DNA of 51,349 bases from Caecitellus pseudoparvulus (lineage: Eukaryota > Protista > Bigyra: Bicosoecida). The DNA is taken from NCBI GenBank assembly GCA_965644315.1, contig CBFFRQ010000007.1:1-51349 (forward strand), written 5' to 3'. The notes beneath the pieces are model-generated. The model did no database searches. It saw only the letters and a program-made list of their open reading frames with translations, and was not told the DNA's origin. Numbering within the stretch: position 1 is the stretch's first letter; each line of letters starts with the position of its first letter. A program made the position numbers and the translations under genes. This document shows, piece by piece, positions 45,954-51,349 of the stretch.

Positions 45954-48020
45954 ATGGAGGACGATGCCACGGCTCCCACCCCTCCTTCGCCGGGACTTGA
46001 TGAAAGTGTCAGCGTTGCAATTGCGCCGATGCCGGGGGAAGTGTCGAGCAGCCTGACACGGGACCTGACCCCCCATTCGACAGCTCAAGCAACTACCAAG
46101 AGGAAACCAGCTTCATGGACATGGAAGCATGTTCAACGGGAAATTCGTTTGGCATGGATGTCAGGTGCACCCCGCGACGAGCTTCAGTTGCGGAATATGG
46201 ATTTGACTGGAGACAGCAACGCAGAGTGCATGCGGCTGCCATCCCCATTGCCTTCCGACGCAAGTGAGGGTGAGGGCACAAACACCCTCGTCCGTGTCCT
46301 TCTGGACAACGTACGAATCCCACGATGGGCTCCAGAGTGGTACAAGGCTGCTCCGCAATTGGAGGAGCTGACGCTGGCGCGGTGCGGCATCAGTGACCTG
46401 CCCCGCCTCCCGTCGACCCTTCGTGTACTGAGCCTGCCTCACAACAAGCTCAAGCATGTATACTTAGGAGCTGCTGCAGCAAGCATTGAATCTCTTGACA
46501 TCAGCTTCAACCAGATCTCGAGGCTTGCCGCTCTCAGAGACCTTGCCGTCGCGATGAGCTTGAAGCAGCTTGCGTTGCACCCGAACCCTGTCACTGTGTC
46601 AGGGCCCACTGGAGGAGGAGGAAGTCCGCGCCGGCAAAGTCGAGAAGTGGGCAATGCCGAGAGTACCTGTACCGCGTCGCCCGCGTGGAGGCGGGTCAAG
46701 GCCAACCTGAGAAACTGGCTGCCGACCCTTGAGTGCCTGGACGGTCACCCAGTTTGCTCCAGCAAAGCCGGCAGAGCTGAAGCAAGTCAAAGTGGGCCAC
46801 CACCACGCTACTCAAGACAGCCACTCACGGCTAGCAGTGGCAAAATCAACCCATCTGGCTTGCATCAGAGAACAGCAGGGCCAGTGTCCCCGGCCGCAGC
46901 CGCTGCTGCCCGAAACCCTGAACAGCGGACACCTTCCAGCCCTAGGAATGGGAGCGCTGGCCGTGTCCCGCGGGTAGCTATCTTGGCCTCAGCCCGCGTC
47001 GCGCGCGAACTCTCCATGCAGTCCAGCGCAAAAGCATCTCAGCTTGAAGCGCACTTAGAGGGCAGAAGGAAAGCTGCAGCGCGTCGGAGCACTGCCCGTG
47101 CGCTCGCGTTTGGGCGCAGCAGTCACCTGCCAGATGAAGTGCTCAGGCAGGCCAAGGTAGCCGCAAGGCTGGCGGAACCAAAGGCTGCTCCCCGAGCCCC
47201 AAGGTGGATTGGAAGTGGCTCTGCACATGAAGTTGGGGATGCGCGGGACGCTTGGCTTTACGGTCGAGACGTGGAAGTATCAACTGGAGACATCCTTCAC
47301 ATTGCCCCACCGGTGCCTCCATTGACCGAGGAGGAGTGCCTGGCGATCCAGGTTCGTGAAAAGGCCTTCAAGGGGTCGGTCACAACGCCTCACAAACTAC
47401 GACAGCTGGCCCAGCCGGCAAGCTCGCCACGCCAAGAGCCACACAGAGCACCGAAAGCCCCCACAAGACAGCGACGCAAAAAGCCTGACTTGGACAGCCA
47501 GGCAGTCTTGCGGCAGTGGATGGCGCACATGTCTCACATCCTGACAAGTGCAGGAGTCGTCGCAGGAATGGTGGCCGAGCTACTCGCCGCTACGGGCCTT
47601 GACGAGACTGAATTTGAAGACCTGCTGAAGTACGCGGCTCTGCAAGCTGTCAAACTCGGACTACTGGAGTCCAGTCAAGAGTCAGAAGGTAGTGTTCAGA
47701 CCAAGCCGGCACGTCTCCCGGGCATACCCGTGCATGCATTGCAAGGGGTGCTTCCTGCTGTTCGCCAGGTCCACGAACGAACCGCGGCTGACACGAGCCG
47801 CGCCTTGAGCACCCTGGCAGACCTCGTGCAGCAGACAAGCCCACAACGTATTGAGCGCTACCTCACCCAACTTGTGTCCCTTGTGCCACTGGAAAGCATG
47901 GCGGAGCCACACGAGGCGAGCGGAGTCGAATCAGAAGCCTCAGCCTCCCCGGGAGTCAACCAGGAGACGGAGAGTGCACAAGGCCGCTCAGCTTTCCGGC
48001 GCGTTTCTGGCTATGCATAG
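45954..48020 (+). CDS. SDS22-like leucine-rich repeat protein with LRR cap
   Basis: LEELTLARCGI, LRVLSLPHNKL, IESLDISFNQI, LALHPNPV and LPTLECLDG. Upstream exons are possible. Confidence 0.8.
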   Translation: MEDDATAPTPPSPGLDESVSVAIAPMPGEVSSSLTRDLTPHSTAQATTKRKPASWTWKHVQREIRLAWMSGAPRDELQLRNMDLTGDSNAECMRLPSPLPSDASEGEGTNTLVRVLLDNVRIPRWAPEWYKAAPQLEELTLARCGISDLPRLPSTLRVLSLPHNKLKHVYLGAAAASIESLDISFNQISRLAALRDLAVAMSLKQLALHPNPVTVSGPTGGGGSPRRQSREVGNAESTCTASPAWRRVKANLRNWLPTLECLDGHPVCSSKAGRAEASQSGPPPRYSRQPLTASSGKINPSGLHQRTAGPVSPAAAAAARNPEQRTPSSPRNGSAGRVPRVAILASARVARELSMQSSAKASQLEAHLEGRRKAAARRSTARALAFGRSSHLPDEVLRQAKVAARLAEPKAAPRAPRWIGSGSAHEVGDARDAWLYGRDVEVSTGDILHIAPPVPPLTEEECLAIQVREKAFKGSVTTPHKLRQLAQPASSPRQEPHRAPKAPTRQRRKKPDLDSQAVLRQWMAHMSHILTSAGVVAGMVAELLAATGLDETEFEDLLKYAALQAVKLGLLESSQESEGSVQTKPARLPGIPVHALQGVLPAVRQVHERTAADTSRALSTLADLVQQTSPQRIERYLTQLVSLVPLESMAEPHEASGVESEASASPGVNQETESAQGRSAFRRVSGYA

Positions 48021-48113
48021 CAATGCAATGATAGGTGAACGCTTCGAGCTCCTGCAAGCGTGCGCCAGCCACGGGCCCGAAACGGAATCGGACGGCTACG
48101 AACGCAGAGGTGC

Positions 48114-49784
48114 TCATGTTGCCCACCACCTTCCAAGCAAGTGACTGTACCTTCCGTTGGGTGGCTCCTTTGCCTGCTGACTCATCAACTCATACATGAG
48201 CTTTACGGTGTCGCGAACGTTTTCTGTCTCGTACTCGGCCTGCACAGCTTCCTCGATGTCCGTCTTCGTCATTGTCATGGAAGGCTGCAAAATCCGGACA
48301 CTTCGTCGCGATGCAGGCTTCTCGCGCTTGCTGCCTCCTTTTCGTCTTAGAGAACTCACACCTTGGCCGCTTCGATGCGAGGGCCCACCCCGCTTCCCAT
48401 GCGCCAAGCTTCTCGGCTGGAGCTGTGGTTCTGGGGAATGCTGCTTGGCAACCGTCCGCCGCGCTTGAGCATCGTTGGCTGCAGTGCCTGCCCTGGGTAT
48501 TTTGGCAGTAGCAGCCAAGGACCCTTGTGTAAGCAATGCAAGTTCTGCTCCCGCAGCGGTGCCCTCCAGAATAGCCGAATGCTGTGCTGAGCTCATGTCA
48601 TACTTAGGCGGCGCTGCGTCCCACTCAGTCCTGCCCCGCAGTCGCCCATCCACCCACACCTTCACTCTGCGCTTGATCTGTGCTGCTTCCTTCTTCCTCA
48701 GGTCGGGCTTCTTCTTTAACTCCGCAGCCCATCGCTTTGCCTCGCGCTTTGTTGCCTTGTCTTGTGCGGACTCCGCAAGCATGTCATCTGTCACCAGCTC
48801 AGCCAAGTCCTTCGCGACGCCCTGACTGTCGCGCCCGACCCGCCGCCCGTCTCGAATACCGCCTAACTCTCGCAAGAGCATTGCTTCTTCCGCATCCAGA
48901 GTGCCTTCTAAGTACTCCAGCATGACAGACTGCTTGATCAGCCCGTACCCGTGAAGGATGCGCATGATCCAGTCTGCAGCTTCAGCTCGCTCACGAGCAA
49001 CTTCCCAGCGCTTCCGGGCAACGTCTTCAGGTTTTGCATCGTACAGTGCCTTCTGACGGGAAATCTCGCTCTCCATTTCTCTCGTCAGCAGCGAAAGCAC
49101 GTGCTCGCCTCGCTGCCGCTTCTGTTTCAACCCCATCGCCTGCATCTTGCTCCACCGCAAGCCCTGCACAAAGGGACTACGAGAAGTCGGGGGATGATCC
49201 TTGTCCACATGGGGTTCATGGCCCCGGGACCCAGAATTCGAGCCCACTCCGGCTCGCCTTGTCGCTGACGCTCCCGCCGCAGCAAGCGCAGTACGCTCCG
49301 CTGCCACGTCAGCAGCTGGGCGTTTCCACACCGCTTTGCGATCGAAACAGTACTGCCCTTCCGTGCCAGATAGCTGCGCGGCTCGGCGTTTAGCTTTCAC
49401 CGCGGCGCGCTGAGCATGAAAGTACTCTGGGTGCTCGGCCTGCACCTCAGCAGGTGCAAACCCTCCCCTTAACACGGGGAAGGAAGGCAGCTCAAAGGTG
49501 CCTGCAGGCTCCTTCTCCAAAAGCAGTTTTCGCAACGCAGAAATTAGTGTGCGTAGCACGCTTGTGTAGTTTGTCTGCTCTGGAGCTGTTTGCTTTGCTA
49601 GCTCTTGAAAGCGCTGTGCGTGTTGGTCAGCCGGAGGAGGCGCGCTTGGAACCTTGCCAACAGGGACAAACGGAGTCAAAGGGCCAGTCCCTTTCTTCCC
49701 TCCTAGTGCACCCTTCTGCCTCCCCCAGAAGAAACCTCCTGCAGTGTCCTGGGTCACCATGTCTTGATTGTACAGACCCGCCAT
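48114..49784 (-). CDS. Hypothetical coiled-coil protein
   Basis: 556-aa ATG-initiated ORF with helical charged segments. No family was recognised. Confidence 0.7.
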   Translation of the reverse strand: MAGLYNQDMVTQDTAGGFFWGRQKGALGGKKGTGPLTPFVPVGKVPSAPPPADQHAQRFQELAKQTAPEQTNYTSVLRTLISALRKLLLEKEPAGTFELPSFPVLRGGFAPAEVQAEHPEYFHAQRAAVKAKRRAAQLSGTEGQYCFDRKAVWKRPAADVAAERTALAAAGASATRRAGVGSNSGSRGHEPHVDKDHPPTSRSPFVQGLRWSKMQAMGLKQKRQRGEHVLSLLTREMESEISRQKALYDAKPEDVARKRWEVARERAEAADWIMRILHGYGLIKQSVMLEYLEGTLDAEEAMLLRELGGIRDGRRVGRDSQGVAKDLAELVTDDMLAESAQDKATKREAKRWAAELKKKPDLRKKEAAQIKRRVKVWVDGRLRGRTEWDAAPPKYDMSSAQHSAILEGTAAGAELALLTQGSLAATAKIPRAGTAANDAQARRTVAKQHSPEPQLQPRSLAHGKRGGPSHRSGQGVSSLRRKGGSKREKPASRRSVRILQPSMTMTKTDIEEAVQAEYETENVRDTVKLMYELMSQQAKEPPNGRYSHLLGRWWAT

Positions 49785-50047
49785 GGCGTTTCACACGAAA
49801 CGTTCGAGTCACCAAACAGTACAATCACACAGGCAAGTGGCGCAAGTGACCATGCTGGTGCATTCACACTCTCTTCGACTAGGCGGGATCGGCCATTGAG
49901 GGTTTGATTTCCCCCGTCGAGTGCTGCTGTGGAATCACGGCTCATGACCCACCTCAAGGGGACAAGCAAGCGGTGGAAGAAAACGATGCAAGCCTAGGTG
50001 GCCATACAATGCAAGAAAGAGTACGACATCAGGGACACCATCCGGCC

Positions 50048-50765
50048 TCACATCTCTCCACACTCATCGACTCGAACCTCCAACTTGGGCTGGTGGGACT
50101 TTGGGTCCACGGACACCTCCTCGATCTTGCGCACCAGAAGCATGCCATCCTCATCCAGAACTCGACCGAAAACAACATGCTTGCCATCCAACCACGGTGT
50201 TGCTGCCGCTGTGATGAAGAACTGGCACCCATTTGTGCCGGGACCGCTGTTTGCCATGGACAGGAGTCCCGCGCTGTCATGTGCAATGTCAAAGTTCTCG
50301 TCCTCGAAACTGGGCCCATAGATACTCGTGCGGCCACGCCCGTTGCCCTTCACAAAGTCTCCGCCTTGGAGCATGAATTCCTTGATCACCTGCGCAAGGT
50401 TCCACAGTTCAGTCGGGGGGCTGAAGCGGCCAACTGCAGTGCGAGCCAGCACCGCCTCGCTTACTCGGTGGAACGTGCAGCCCTTGTACCCAACTGGAAG
50501 TCCCCCACTCCTGAATTCCCCCGTGCAAAACTGCCTGAAGTTTTCAACCGTCTGAGGGCATCGGAAAGGCTGGCGATGGGCTGTGGCCGGACGCGGAAAT
50601 TGCTGCTCTCCTCACCTTCGGCACTACATCCTTGAAAAGCTCCATGAACAGGCGGCCCTGGGGCACACCACCAATAGAGATATCAAAGAATACCACAACA
50701 GACCCCCTCTTTAGTGCCTCTTGCACAGTCCCTGCCGCCCCAGCCACCTTGCTATCACTTGCCAT
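50048..50765 (-). CDS. PPIH: Cyclophilin H (spliceosomal peptidyl-prolyl isomerase)
   Basis: [66 protein letters not shown] and [12 protein letters not shown]; two introns. Confidence 0.93.
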
Positions 50766-51113
50766 GGCGCTGGTGCTGGTGCTGCTGCAGAATCACTCTG
50801 TTGCCGTGCGAGGGCCAAGTGTGGCATGCAGGGAGAGACTGTGAAGCCCGCAAGTATGCACAAGTGTGATTGGGGCATCTGCTTTATTTTGCCGTGTCCT
50901 GTGTGAGGGTGGTGCTCCCCGCATGACAGGGCTGGAGTTGCTCGGTTGAGTCTGTTGGTGAATGGTCATGTGCTGGCAGCATCCGGATGTACGGCGCAAT
51001 GCCCGAAAGGACTGTGCATTGCCAAATCAAGCTTCCACCGTCAAGAGGCAGTACCTTGTCCTCTCAAGAACTCCCTAACTTCACTTCCCATGTGAGCAAG
51101 CGCGTCGCTCCTC

Positions 51114-51349
51114 TCACCGCTTGCCAGAGCCCGATTCCGAGTCAGAGCCTTCGGCCATGAATGCAAAGGCGTCAATTGCGTGACGCCGGCCTTCCGTCTG
51201 AGGCTCTTCGTCACTTTCACTCGCTGTCACCATGAAACGGCTCATGGAAACGTGTGTTGCTGCAGGGCGCCAGCCGTCTGCACCTGCGCCTGCTGCAGCA
51301 GGAGCCTCCTCATCCGAGGATGCCGTGTCGTCTGACGAGGACGACACCA
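51114..51349 (-). CDS. 3' end of a gene that starts outside the window (Ser/acidic C-terminus)
   Basis: Frame is open to the window edge; stop at 51114. Confidence 0.5.
   Translation of the reverse strand, partial: VSSSSDDTASSDEEAPAAAGAGADGWRPAATHVSMSRFMVTASESDEEPQTEGRRHAIDAFAFMAEGSDSESGSGKR

Noticed and set aside
1-51349. tRNA, rRNA or snRNA genes
   Set aside because: No cloverleaf, rRNA or Sm-site signatures were recognised by eye in the intergenic regions. A covariance-model scan was not possible.

Overview
This is gene-dense eukaryotic DNA with short GT-AG introns (about 55-130 nt). The supplied ORF track ignores introns and uses GTG/TTG starts, so most gene models were re-read by hand. 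A tubular-mastigoneme (Sig/Mas-like) EGF protein and a probable CFAP119 indicate a flagellated stramenopile. The first ~10.3 kb is a mobile-element cluster. It starts with the 3' part of a non-LTR (LINE-like) retrotransposon (RT plus CCHC knuckle). That is followed by ~680 nt of densely nested stem-loops ending in the telomere-template-like sequence CTAACCCTAACCTAA. Next comes a Crinkler/RHS-type P-loop NTPase plus restriction-endonuclease-like ORF that appears cut at both ends, and then a PIF/Harbinger DNA transposon with two convergent genes. The rest is mostly housekeeping genes: two tandem ankyrin-repeat genes, a mastigoneme protein, RPA2, a BIG/Sec7 ARF-GEF, a cNMP-binding protein, PAN2, CLN3/BTN1, SFT2, an ATG1/ULK-like kinase, CFAP119-like, NPRL2, an LRR protein, cyclophilin H and several hypothetical genes. 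One unusual 1472-aa protein combines an N-terminal transmembrane segment, repeated SKICH-like modules and a WH2/central/acidic tail. The best candidates for something new are the RT plus structured RNA plus telomeric tail unit and this membrane-anchored WH2 protein. All family assignments come from motif recognition by eye; no searches or folding programs were run.
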